This document shows positions 38,041 to 50,661 of a stretch of DNA of 64,000 bases, in pieces; position 1 is the first letter of the stretch, and the number at the start of each line of letters is the position of its first letter. The stretch covers positions 64,172,001 to 64,236,000 of the forward strand of contig NC_058368.1 in NCBI RefSeq assembly GCF_018350175.1, written 5' to 3'. Under the pieces are notes generated by a model. That model saw only the letters and a list, made by a program, of their open reading frames with translations. It did not search any database and was not told where the DNA came from. Both the position numbers and the translations under genes were made by a program. The DNA comes from Felis catus (Eukaryota).

Positions 38041-38917
38041 ACAGCTGGGCTGCTTATTAAATCTACACTTCTGTTTGGTGACACTTTAAGGATTTCTGTA
38101 CATTTTAAAGCATAAATTTATAAAAATAATTCTTAGTAAAGAGGAGTTTACCTAATCTACTGTATATAATTTTTAATGCCTCAGTGTTCAACTAACAAAG
38201 AAAGGGTGTTATCTTTCCTAAAGTATTGATAATTGACAAACAAGAGTTTAGTTTTACTCCTACTTACAACATTTTATAAATGAGTCATTATTTTGTTATG
38301 AGAAAAGAGGAAAACAAAACATCTGCCAAATATGGAGCATATACTACGTACTCGTGCCAGGTTATTTCACATAGTTGATACTAGTAAATGTTAGAATTAA
38401 ACTTGTTAAAATCAAAGCTGGCTAAAAGTAGATATTTAAGTTTTGTGGATACGTTGAAATCCAATATGGAGCTATGTCTACATGGGTTTATGAAAGCAAA
38501 TATTAGGAGGAACTATATTTTTCAGCAGCATTCTGAAATCAATCACTGGCTAAAACCGTAAGACATGAGTGAAAAGAGCTTATAAATATTGATTCATTAA
38601 GTTCATTCCCTTAGGTTCATATCATGGGTAAGTTTAGAATACTTCAGCTGGAGTTATATTTTAAGTACTGTCATATACAAGTGTAATACAATTTCTTTTG
38701 TAGCGAGTTTCCCTTTGGGGAATAAAAATTATTAATGTGTGTGGCTACCGGGAGTTCCTTCTCTCTGCTTGCTAACAGGGATGCTGGCTTGCCTGCTCAC
38801 TTTGCTCTCCTCTCCTAATTTCTGCTCTCTGAAAAGGTCCTGCTGGTGGCCAACTGACAGATGATTTGCTCTTTGATGTTGTCACATCAGCACAGTGATA
38901 AGAAGGAATCAGGACTT

Positions 38918-39135
38918 GGGGCACCTGGGTGGCTCAGTCGGTTAAGCGTCCAACTTCAGCTCAGGCCATTGATCTCATGGTTTGTGAGTTCAAGCCCCAT
39001 GTCAGGCTCTGTGCTGGCAGCTCAGAGCCTGGAGTGCCTTGGATTCTGTGTCTCTTTCGCTCTCTGCCCCTCCCCCACTTGTGCTCTGTCTCTCTATCTC
39101 TCAAAAATCAATAAATGTAAAAATAAAAAGGAAAA
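38918..39135 (+). mobile_element. Can-SINE (SINEC_Fc-like)
   Basis: TSD aagaaggaatcaggactt at 38900-38917 and 39136-39153. Confidence 0.96.
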
Positions 39136-39634
39136 AAGAAGGAATCAGGACTTGAAATGTAGGAGAGAAGGTGATATGGACTGAGGGATGCATTTGGGTT
39201 TGGGTCTAGGGGAGGTTTTTCTGGCAAAGGAAAATATATGCAAAGTTGATGGGTGGTTATGCTGTTAACTGAAGGGATTTATTTATTTATTTATTTACTT
39301 ATAACTGAAGGGATTTAAAGATGGAAAATGCATGAAAAAAGAGGAAGGTAAATTGTGTGCTTTGCATTATACTCTTCTTCAGATGTTACCCAAATACAAG
39401 GAGAACCTTGAGCTCTTTTAAAAATTATTTGCAACATTTTTGTAAAAACCAGAGTGCTATAACATGTGGTGACATCTCTGTATGTGTATGTATTTTAATA
39501 ATATGACAAGAGAGAACATGTTTAAATTGCTTAGACTGAAGGTAATGGAGGAGAGTCGTGGGGTGTGTAGGCCTTGGCTGGGAGGCAAGTCTGGGCTCTG
39601 ACCGTAACTGGCTGTATGTCTGTGGATATGTTTC

Positions 39635-39638
<4 letters not shown>

Positions 39639-39681
<43 letters not shown>

Positions 39682-39812
39682 CATCAAAGGATAAATATGT
39701 AAGCACCAAACCAGTGAGATATATATACATACTTACATATACATATATATATACATATACACATATACATATGTGTATATGTATATATATATGTATGTAT
39801 ATAAATATATAC
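39639..39812. repeat. (GA)n followed by (TA)/(CATATA)n microsatellites
   Basis: Directly visible. Confidence 0.9.
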
Positions 39813-41766
39813 TCAGGGAGGAAATATGGAAAGGGGGTTAGGGCCAGTAAAACATAAGGTGGATATTATGAAAGATTTCTTGAAACCTTATTGGAAATTC
39901 AAGGTTATTAAAAGCATATTTTGCTTGTTTCCACTGTCTGAAACATTTTTGTCCTTGTAGACCATGTGAAGAAGAAACCTCTAAGTAGTGCAGAGAAATT
40001 GCTAATACGCAATGAGCTTTTCAAGTGAGCAGGTTATTTTTATTCTATTTTAGCATCTGGAATATAAAAGGTAAATAGTCCCTCAGGAGTACATACTGTG
40101 CTAGCTCCTCTAAGGAAAGTGCATTAAAGGGATCATCTAAATTATCTGAAGCTCTGTGTACCTGTGCCAGATGTGGCTGGCATTCTCTTACCTCTGCATG
40201 GCTGCTTCCGACTCAATGCTTCACCACCTCTGTGAGATTCATGTCAGGAGGCCCTAAGTTCCTCCATTTCCCAGGAAGGCACATATGCATTTTAAGGATA
40301 ACTCTAGCCAGAAGCTATCAGGTTTTGTTCCCCCTGCCATTATTCTTGGTGACTTTAGTGTCTTTGTGAAAAATACATTCAACAGCCTTATAGTTTATTG
40401 ATCTCCTTATCTTTAATAACATGCATCTGCATTCTCATTTAGCCATCCACATTCATTGCCCTGTTGGGAACCATGACATCTGTAGTTAATTCATATCAGA
40501 TTTTTAAATTCTGGTATTCCTTACTCCTGACTTCAGTTTCTTATCTTTTTAGTTCTCTGAAATATTTATTTTCTCTACACATGTTATCTGACCTCACACA
40601 GAGAAATATTTTCAAGTCAATTTGTATTTTGTGGAAACCTCACAGTTTCTTTTCAAACTGTCTCTTAAGCACCTCAAATCTTTTGCAACATGGAATGTCA
40701 GAATCCAATTGGAAGTATACCAAGTCAAAGACAAATCCGTCTTCCATCCCTGCTCCTACACCAGTGAAACTCACATTAAAAAATGCAGCCATTCAAACAT
40801 ATGCCTTCAAGTAGCACTTCTTTTTCAGTGCTAAGTACCATCTTGATGCTTTGTTAATTTGGGATCAAGAGCTCGAATGGGGAGATTCAGACAGAGTGTG
40901 ATACTTTCATAGATGCCCTAAAACCTGAGATAGATGTACTAGTGATGTGTTCTAGAATTCCTTCTAAACCTCCCTTCCCTGCGTCTACCACCTGTATTAC
41001 AATTGATTTTTTACTTGGTTTCCCTACTAAACTATAAACTTCCTGGTTATAAAATCAAACTTGAGTCTGGTTTTTATTGTTGCATTTATATCATAGTGAA
41101 GTGTCTGGTATGTAGTTCATATTTACTAAGTAGTTATGGAATGAATGGATTAATTGCCTTCAGTAACTTTTGCCAACCCTCCATTCAGACCCAACTCTTC
41201 CTTTCAGCAAGTGACATATTCTCTTTCCTGGACACAAATATATAAGGCATCACCTGCCTATAAATCCACCATGTCCACCCTTCTATAAACTCATCTACAA
41301 CTGGATGGTTCTTCGTCTCTTTCCAATAGAAATTTTTCAATTGTAGAATGGATCTCACACCTTTCACATTGTCTTCTCTCTCCTCATTCATTACTGTGTC
41401 TCATACCTCTGTTTTCAGGCTTTCTCACTTCTCTGATCTCTTATTTCACTTATAGACATCATTCACTTTCCTATTCTAAAAGTACCCACTTTTGCTGTGT
41501 CACTCTGGCTTCCAACTATTATCTTTAAGTCCCCTTTCTAATAATCTTCTTTTGAAAGAAGTTTTCCTTTTCTTGCTTTACTAACATCCCCTTATATGTC
41601 AATATGATGAAGAGTTACTTCTATTCTAACCACTCTGCCAAAACTCCTCTTCCTACCATAAATGCTTCTGTGCACTCCACATGGCATAGTGCAATGATGC
41701 CATAAAACATAAAAAATAAAGTATTTAAAGAGAGAACCTGCAGTCATTCACATAAATGCCACAATA

Positions 41767-41985
41767 GGGGCGCCTGGGTGGCGCAGTCGGTTAAGCGTCC
41801 GACTTCAGCCAGGTCACGATCTCGCGGTCCGTGAGTTCGAGCCCCGCGTCGGGCTCTGGGCTGATGGCTCAGAGCCTGGAGCCTGTTTCCGATTCTGTGT
41901 CTCCCTCTCTCTCTGCCCCTCCCCCGTTCATGCTCTGTCTCTCTCTGTCCCAAAAATAAATAAACGTTAAAAAAAAATTAAAAAA
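41767..41985 (+). mobile_element. Very young SINEC_Fc
   Basis: CpGs apparently intact; A box (TGGCGCAGTCGG) and B box (GTTCGAGCC) intact; TSD ataaatgccacaat at 41752-41765 and 41986-41999. Confidence 0.99.
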
Positions 41986-43517
41986 ATAAATGCCACAATC
42001 ATGCTAATTAGGTTAAGCCTTTTACCTTATCTAGAGCAATCATTGGCCAAGAAACTAACATTAATAGAGGAATTTAGAGATTTGCATTGAAGTTAAAGTT
42101 CCTAAGAAACAAGGAAAAATAAGAAGCAGGTAAATTATTGTTCTCAGTTTGGAAAAAAAATCCAGAAGCTAGTTAGTTTTACGAAATATTTATAGTATTT
42201 AAAAATCACTAATAAAACATTTCAATTAAAGAGAGCATATTTCAATGCCTTATCTTGAAGTCATGAGATATATTTATTCAATTAATTGTTAAGGTACTAT
42301 AGTCTACAGGTCAATTCTACAGCATGATAAAAATGCACACCACTGGATGTTCACCTTTCATAAACCTGAATACTTTTGCTATTTATTAGTTCTTTAAATA
42401 TTTAGTACTAATTACATTGAAAAAGAACATTTCCTTGAGAGATCTTCCATTAATTATTTGGTTCTGAAACTTTGTGTCCTTCTTTATAAAATTCTGAATT
42501 CTTCAGTGAGAAAATTGGCCTGGCTTAATCATGTTACAGAATAGGTTGTGAATCAACTCAGTCTCTTTAATGCTATATGGTTTAGAAGACAATGTTTCAT
42601 GTTTCACCAATATCCTGCATGTGTTTGTTTAATTGAGTCATTCAGGAAACAGTTATTGAGTCCATACCATATCCCAGGCACTGTTCAAGACATTGGTATG
42701 ATCTAGTGAACAAGACTGACTGGGTTCCTATCCAGGCTTTTATAAGCAAACTACTGATGTTTATTCCAAAATGTCAAAATATGGTCTTTGATTTGCCTAT
42801 CTAAACAGTAAAAGGTAAAAAAAATATTCAGTTTTATTTTTACTTTTCAGAACTTCAATTTGTATTGTTGCCTGGCATGTACATATATTTTTTTTTGTTG
42901 AAAATTAATCTAAAAATTTAAACAATATGACAATTTTTAAAATTAGAGACTAGAGATTTCCTGGATGGACAACATTTGAATATTATAATTCAGAGGTAGA
43001 GTTTCTCTCCATCAGACCACTTATAATGTCATGTAATTAGTAAGTCATGCTTTTGTGTAGCTTTCTTTGATTTTAAATTATCTGCCTTAATTAATGATAA
43101 ACTACGTTAATATTATGCCTGAGTTTAATAGATGAAATTTGTAGATGAAATTTGTTTGATTTGATATGAGGAAGTAATTTTTCATTTCAAAATATGCAAA
43201 AAAAATTTAGTTGGGGAATATATATTTAGTGAGAGTGTGACTTTCTATATTTTTACTCTAAAATTAATGTTAAAAATTTAGGGAATTAGGTTGGATGCTA
43301 TATTGCTATATTATAATTATATTTTTTAAGGAATGAACAAAGATTTTAAATACAGAAAAAAGAAAAAAAACAATCAATAGAAACCAAACAAAACAGTAGA
43401 CAGTTTTGGGAAAGTGGCATTGAGGAAGGGGAAGAGATTTACATTTAGGCACATCTTGGTCTGTTCTTGACCACAAAAGCATCAGCACTCCTCCTGCCAC
43501 CATCATCAATCTGTGTG

Positions 43518-43544
43518 CACACACACTCACACACACACACACAC
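43518..43544. repeat. (CA)n microsatellite
   Basis: Directly visible. Confidence 0.9.
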
Positions 43545-43613
43545 GTTTTCACTCTGCGGAGCAGTACAATACGAAAGTTGACAAAGTCCTGCCAATTCCC
43601 ATTCATTACTCAC

Positions 43614-43652
43614 CACCTGTAGACTACCTTGTTATAGTAGTATGTAGCAGAC
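43614..43652 (-). other. Candidate 39-nt exon, (x)SATYYYNKVVYR(W/C)
   Basis: Minus strand: CTAAC branch-like motif, ctttttttcatacag acceptor and GTG/gtgagt donor; one open frame; protein not recognised. Confidence 0.3.
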
Positions 43653-43887
43653 CTGTATGAAAAAAAGGTTAGATAAAGCTCCAGACTCATATGGGATCTC
43701 AGCAAAAACACACAAATCTCCCCATTTTCCAGAACCCTATGTTGAGTTTGGGTAGATGTTCCAAAGCCTGAGGCATTGTCTCCACTGCAGGTAGGATGCA
43801 TCCTGGTCCACATGTTGCCTCTGTGCCCCCGGAGAGGCTACCCAGACTACGCTTGTGCCCACCCCTTCGTGGTCACCTTGGACGCTA

Positions 43888-44120
43888 AAGGCTTTCCAGT
43901 TAGGGAATGAATAAGTCATGGGGATGAAAGACACAGCACAGGGAATACAGTCAATGGTATTGTAATGCTGTTGTATGGTGACAGCCGGTAGCCACACTTG
44001 TAGAGAGCACAGCGTAACATATAGAGTTGTTCAGTCACCGTGGTGCACACCTGAACCTAATGTAACATTCTGTCAATTCTACTTCAATTAAAAATAAATT
44101 CAAAAACTAATAAAAGCAAA
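43888..44120 (+). mobile_element. Carnivore L1 (L1_Carn-like) 3' end
   Basis: ttccagttagggaatgaataagtcatggggatgaaag...acacctgaacctaatgtaacatt plus A-rich tail. Confidence 0.9.
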
Positions 44121-45040
44121 ACCCAGACTGCTAAGCTGTATTGTATTAGGTGGCAAGGAAGAGTGTAAGACATTATCTTCCTATTCACCTGGGGCGCTAG
44201 CAAAATAAATGGAGAAGTTTTCAACTCTACAAACCTATTACAACACACACACACACACACAAAGTGAGAATAATGTATATGTAAAACTCAGATAAAGAGT
44301 GTAACCTGGGAAGGGAAAGAATAAAAAAAAATTCTCATGTCCCTTATCTAATAGGAAAGCTTGGTAAATTCAGGAAAAAAACTATAAACTCAGGAAAAAT
44401 GTGTTCAAACAATAGAATACGGTTTTTTTAAAGGTAAGTTTGTAGAGCCAATTAAATACAATTTAACCATATTAGAAAAATAATAAACGACAAGAAATTC
44501 AATATGTATAGTACTCAGATTGCTTTTATAAGGGACAAGCTTGAAAACTTACAGTAAACACAAAATGTAATTAGAATATTTAGATAAATAATAGGTTCTG
44601 AGCAAAAATATGAGCCCAATTAAGATAAATGACTCTAAAAAGACAAAAAAATAAATGTTACTAGAAAGAGTAAGAAGGTATTCAGAGGTAAAACGTAGCC
44701 AAATTTGTATCAAGTGAGGAAAAGACTGGGGTTATAGATACAAGGTGACAAAGAGTTCCTGAGTGTGTGGGTGGCAAGGACAGGGCACAGGGAAAATCCA
44801 ACAGTTAGGTACACACTGCTTAAGTGATTGAATTTCACTAGAAAAAGAAATAAAATCTTATACTACCAAGAAAGAGAGAGTAAATCCTTTGAAAAGGGGA
44901 CATCCAGTGTTAGGCTTATCAACACTCACCAGCACACTAAATGCTGGAGGATGATAGCGCAGGTAACCTGGAGATCTTATGCCCAACCAGGCTGTCATTT
45001 GCAGACGAAATCACAGGCAGACATTTCTAACAGTATGTCT

Positions 45041-45258
45041 CTTTTGGAGGGGGGGGAGAGAGAGAGAGAGAGAGAGAATGAGAGAATGAGAGAATGAGCA
45101 GGGGAGGGACAGAGAGAGAGGGAGACACAGAATCAGAAGCAGGCTCCAGGCTCTGAGCTGTCAGTGCAGAGCCTGATGCAGGGCTCAAACCCATGAACTG
45201 TGGATCATGACCTGAGGCAAAATGAGACGCCCAACTGACTGAGCCACCCAGGCGCCCC
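45041..45258 (-). mobile_element. Can-SINE (SINEC_Fc-like)
   Basis: Body and head (ccacccaggcgcccc) are clear. Confidence 0.93.
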
Positions 45259-45331
45259 ATACACTTGTAGTATATATGTTTAAAAGTATTAGATTTATGG
45301 TTACATAAGAAATTGTAATTATTGGAAACTA

Positions 45332-45692
45332 TGTATTAAGGACTGAATGTTTGTGTCCCCCCAAATTCATATGTCTAACCCTTACCCCAGTGTCCTGGTA
45401 TTTGGAGGTAGTAACTTTGGAAGAGAATTAGGTTATGAAAATGCAGCTCATTGATGGTATTAGTTCCTTTATAAGAAGAGGAAGAAAGACAAGAGCTGGG
45501 TTTCTCTGTCTCCACCAAGTGAGAACACAAGAAGACAGTGGTGTGGAAGCCAGGAAGATAGCTCTCGTCAGGAATTGAATCTTTCAGCACCTTGATCTTG
45601 GACTTCTCAGCCTCCAGAACTCTGAGAAATAAATGTCTTTTATTTAAGCCACCCAGTTTATGGTATTTTGTGTGGCAGCCTGAGCTAAGACA
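45332..45692 (+). mobile_element. MLT1A0-like solo LTR
   Basis: ggactgaatgtttgtgtcccccc...gatcttggacttctcagcctccagaact...gctaagaca. Confidence 0.9.
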
Positions 45693-45741
45693 TGATAATA
45701 TAAAAATAGTAACTAAAACGTTTAGAATATTTAAGTGACTC

Positions 45742-45915
45742 GGGCCACCCAGGTGACTCATTCAGTTAAGCATCCAACTCTTGATTTCAGCTCAGATCAT
45801 GATCTCACAGTACATGAGTTTGAGCTCCACGTCGAGCCTGCTTGGGATTCTGTCTCCCCCTCTCTCTCTGCCCCAATCCTGCTAATTCTCTCTCTCTTAA
45901 AAGTAAATAGAATAA
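45742..45915 (+). mobile_element. Can-SINE, short variant
   Basis: TSD aatatt(t)aagtgac at 45726-45739 and 45916-45928. Confidence 0.9.
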
Positions 45916-46286
45916 AATATTAAGTGACAACTTTCTCATTATTTATACAATCAGGTACTTTGAAATATGTAATTTAAAAAATTATGACCTCTGTTCCAAA
46001 ATAGTTTTCTTATTTGTCCTTAAACTTCCATCATTTTGAGGATAAAAATTTCTTCATGCATCTATGCATACAGATATACATGCATTCATATCAATGGTCA
46101 TAGAGCCTCATTTCATCAGTTTCTTGTTTTCTTTGATTTAGATAATTACATCTATTTTATATTAACAATACATATATTGTGTCATTTAAATACATTATGC
46201 TAACTAGTCAATTAACTATACACTTAAATATATGTATATAATAGTGTCTAAAATGCTGTCACCTAATATTTAGCAAGTTTTCTTCT

Positions 46287-46347
46287 TTTTTTTTTAAGAT
46301 TTAAAAAAAAAGTAATCTCCACACCAATGTGGGGCTTGAACTCAACA
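46287..46347 (-). mobile_element. Truncated short Can-SINE
   Basis: T tract followed by aagtaatctccacaccaatgtggggcttgaactca. Confidence 0.65.
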
Positions 46348-49300
46348 GGCCTTATTATTTTTAAGCAGAATTTACAGTGATTTTTTTATTACTTTTGATT
46401 CTGGAATGTGACGTGTGGCTTTAATAAATAAATGTCCTTATTTTTTAAAAGATCAATGATAATCATCCTAATAATATTATATTCATATTTTTGTGTATTG
46501 TTAGAATGTGGTGATGATATTCAATAGTGAAAAAGTTTCCACTTACTAAATGTTTCTCATTAAATATTCCAGACCAATTTTTCCACATTTAGTAATGAAG
46601 ATTTTTTATTTTAATTTTATATGAGAGAAGAATATAAAGACACTTATTTTAAGTTTTTATCCCTAGAAACAACTTTAACCACAAGATCAAATAAGCATTG
46701 AAAATATGAAATAAAACAGTAGGTTTCAAATCCAAATATTGCTTTGGAAATGCACTATCTCTTTAAGCAGTGTCTGAATTTTTATTGCTAGACCAAGGTG
46801 TAGAAGAAATGTCTGACTCGTATACTTTTAAACTAAAACTATAAAAATTACTTATGGAATTCTGTGGTGCACATTGGACATGTAAAACATTCCACCTGGT
46901 ACATTCCTCATGTTGATAGTAGCAGTGGCAAGAGTTTGTAGATAGTTACACTGGCTTTTAAAGCTGCTTAGTTTAAACGTAATGTACCAGTTCCTGTTGG
47001 CTCATACTTGGAGTTTTAAGTACTGTCTGTACTAACAGACAGGCAAAGTGACAGATGTGCATGGATAACACAAAATCTTTTCTGTAGTGTCACACAAGGA
47101 GTCATCTATTTTGCCAACTTCCTTAGTTAATTTAAAAGTTCCCAGCGCATGAATCAGTCAAATATTCAACCCCCCACAGTGAATATAAACATTGTGGACA
47201 GTCAGCTTTTACTCACCGTAAATCACAATCGCTCCCCATCCAGAGAAATGTATTTACATTCTTCTTATCAAAATATATGCAGAAGGATATGGCTTTAGAC
47301 TTTTTCAATCTTTTAAAATATCAGCTGATTGGCTCCTTCACTTTCATTTATACCTAATAGTCTTCATGATTACATGGGTCTAAATAAATACATTTGAGGT
47401 ATGTGCCAAAGTCATACTATACTATCTATCTAAATAAATATATACTTAGAGTATCAAACATCAGTAGGTGTTGTTTACACATTAGTGACCCTCTTTTATG
47501 AGAACTTGCCAATATTGTTGCTATTTAGCTCTTAAATGGCATCAATTGACTACATTTTTTTCCCTACAAAACAACTGTGAAGCAGATAATGTAAATGCCC
47601 TCTACATACCTTTTTAGACACTTGGACTGATATATGAATGCATAGTACTACGCCCCCGGAACAAAATAAATCATGAGTTATTTCTAGATAAATTTCATAA
47701 GGTTTTTTATTTGATTACAAATTAAAATCATGCCACCAGATGTCTGTACTTTGACTTATAAACTTACTATGTTCATCACAGGTAAGAAAGTGTAGAAACC
47801 TAATGGCTATCTAGTAAAATTGCCTGACTCTATAGTGCTACTAGACAGTACTGAACTGGAAATTTAAACAAGTGAAAGAAATCAAGTAGTTGAAATCACT
47901 GATAAAATATTTGGGATCTTACATAATCCTCAGATTAATGTATACAATGTACATGAAATACTATGGCTAGGGTGTTGGGGACTGTAAAATGTAAGGTTAA
48001 GCTTTTTATATAAAATTGAATGTTTTTCCTAGAAATGACCTTGAGAAACTTGACATTTAACGTTTCTGGCATGTCTTAAGAAAATGTCAACACAATGTCA
48101 AAGCATAATTACAAAATTTAAAAAAAGAGAAAAATCATGACTCATGCAAATGTAAAATGAACATCTGTTAATGATTACATTTAACTTCTTGATTAAGAAG
48201 AGAACCAGTAAGATATTTCAACTGGTTCAAAGGAGAATCCAAAGAGCAGACACATATATAGGCAGTCAAGAATGCTGAAATGAATATGCTTAATCAATGC
48301 AAAATTGGTCATTATTCTTAGGGCAAGGATCAAATACATCTCCACTGGATAATTTTCTTTTCTTAGACAAGAATTATTTGTAGATTACAGAGTTGTAAAA
48401 AAGCTAAAATGAAAACAAAAGCAAAAACCAATGAAGGAAAGAGACTCCATAGAATCAGATAAACCAATAATGTTGAGTTTTCCATTGAAAGTAGTTAGTA
48501 ATTTTTTTTTCGATCATTTCAAAAATCTCAACTTCTGTACTAAGATAATGTTTATAAATTATTTCTAGAGAATATTAATGAAAATTTTCTTTGTTGAATT
48601 GGCTTGAAAAATTTATGGAAGGAGATAGAACATAAAGAAATCAAGCTTATTAAGTAGATAGTATTACAAAAAAACCTTATTGAGAATAATTAAGTAATTT
48701 AATTTATTAATTCTCTCTGTAAAAGAAAAATAAATAGTCAATGTCCATAACTTTGCTACTACATATATATGGATGCGTAAGTGTATGAATATGTACACAA
48801 ATCCACATAGTTATCCATTTCAGAGAATTACTTATGCAGATTGTGTTGCTTTTTATTATGAAACCAGGTTACCAAGCAGTTGTTATTTTATTTTATTTTT
48901 TTATGTAACAAAACAACTCTCGAACTCTCTAAGATATTTAGGCTGTGTATATGTTCTTTTCCCGACATCCAGTGTACTGTATTGGAGGTAATGACATACA
49001 AGATCTACCAGCACAGTCCTACTTTGTTAATTAATTTTCCTTAAACACAAATTTTTAAGACTCAGTGTATGTCAACAGCTATGAAAGGCACCAACGTATA
49101 TGAAGATGAATGGAACCTGGGCTTTAGCTGTGAATCACAAAAACATGAATCAGTCAAAGTAAAACTTGCAAAAAGAAGTGAATAACAATAAATGGTTTGA
49201 AATTAGTTTCAGCAATTGGCTACCAAGGGCTATAGAAAGAATAATAAAAAAGAGATGAATGGATTTTTTCCCCTTCATCCTGATAAATATGTAATAAGAA

Positions 49301-49436
49301 AAATAAAGCAATCAACTTTAAAAACTTGTTTAATGTCTTAAAAAGGTTAAATCATATTTCATGGAAATCAATCTTTAATAATATTATTACTTAATTTTTT
49401 ATTAATATTTGGGCCAAAAAGTATTGATATTCAACT

Positions 49437-49474
49437 GCCCAGCTAGCTCAGTCAGTAGAACCTGAGACTCTTAA
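49437..49474 (+). pseudogene. Tailless retropseudogene of the 5' half of tRNA-Lys(CTT)
   Basis: GCCCAGCTAGCTCAGTCAGTAGAACCTGAGACTCTTAA versus tRNA-Lys-CTT GCCCGGCTAGCTCAGTCGGTAGAGCATGAGACTCTTAA (34/38); perfect TSD aaagtattgatattca at 49418-49433 and 49473-49488. Confidence 0.88.
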
Positions 49475-49753
49475 AGTATTGATATTCATTAGGCAATTTT
49501 TTAGTGAGTAATTTTCACACAAACCATTTATATTGTTTGGGGGCTTCTATTTAATATTTCATAGCCCTTTGACTTTTAGGCATTATTAGCATTTCCTAAA
49601 AATATAATTTGGCATTAAATACCCTACAATTGTCAATATTTAGGAAAATATTTAAAATATACATTTTATTTAAAATATACATTTTAAAATCCTTTAAGCA
49701 AAAGAAAAATTAGTTTAAAATATATTACTGTCAAAGAATAAAATTTAAATTGT

Positions 49754-50082
49754 TGTTGGTTTGCAAACTAGCCCAAGTACATGAATGGCAAGGAGAAAGA
49801 AAAAAGAGGCAGATAGCTCTAGATTGATAGGTGGCTGATTTAATAAGCAGAGGAACTTATGAGGTTTGTCTTGGGTGGCAAATCTCTGCACCTGCCCCCA
49901 CCAGAATCTTAATAGTTTATGTAAAAGTCTTAACTGGATTCATCACATGTTCAGTCTAGATAGTCTCAACAACACATTCCTCTCCCAACATTGCATCCTT
50001 GAAATCATTCCCCTTTGGGAACAGTGGGCAGAATGCACATTCTAAAGACGGGGGGGCAGCCTCTAAATGATCAACCCCAACA
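49754..50082 (-). mobile_element. Solo ERV LTR, family not assigned
   Basis: Termini TGTTGG...CCAACA; TSD attgt/attgc at 49749-49753 and 50083-50087; ATTAAA on the minus strand. Confidence 0.75.
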
Positions 50083-50440
50083 ATTGCTTCTTGAGCTTAC
50101 AAATATAAGGTAACAAACTCTAAACATTGCTTGTCTTCCATACGTGTTTCAAAGTCACCTTTTCTTCTGATACATGTTATAATCTAATATGAAGAACACT
50201 AGTGTAAATTTTCTTTAGGATATTTTCAGCAGATTGTACTGTTTCAAATTCTATTATTTTACCACAGCTAATTGGCTTACATATCCTTTTTGGCTAGTTT
50301 TTCATATGTTTAAAAATGTTAGTTTATTGTATACAGTAATATTGTGTTTTCATGTTCTTTAATGTCTTTTATAACCTTTAGCTTGATTTGTTTATTTAAT
50401 ATTCCCTTTTGTAATTGTAGTTTTCAAAGATGCTTTTCTT

Positions 50441-50661
50441 TTTTTTTTTTTAATTTTTTTAACGTTTATTTATTTTTGAGACAGAGAGAGACAGAGCATG
50501 AATGGGGGAGGGTCAGAGAGAGGGAGACACAGAATCTGAAACAGGCTCCAGGCTCTGAGCTGTCAGCACAGAGCCCGACACGGGGCTTGAACTCACGGAC
50601 CGTGAGATCATGACCTGAGCCGAAGTCGGCGGCTTAACCGACTGAGCCACCCAGGCGCCCC
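50441..50661 (-). mobile_element. Young SINEC_Fc
   Basis: Perfect TSD tcaaagatgcttttctt at 50424-50440 and 50662-50678. Confidence 0.98.

Noticed and set aside
28956..40025. Other plus-strand AG...GT segments (about 28956, 31817, 32881 and 39961)
   Set aside because: Weak splice sites or in-frame stops; no recognisable protein when joined
43800..43890. GC-rich segment 5' of the L1_Carn tail as a chimeric or transduced piece (acccagact at about 43840 and 44120)
   Set aside because: The putative TSD is short and ambiguous, so a chimera cannot be supported
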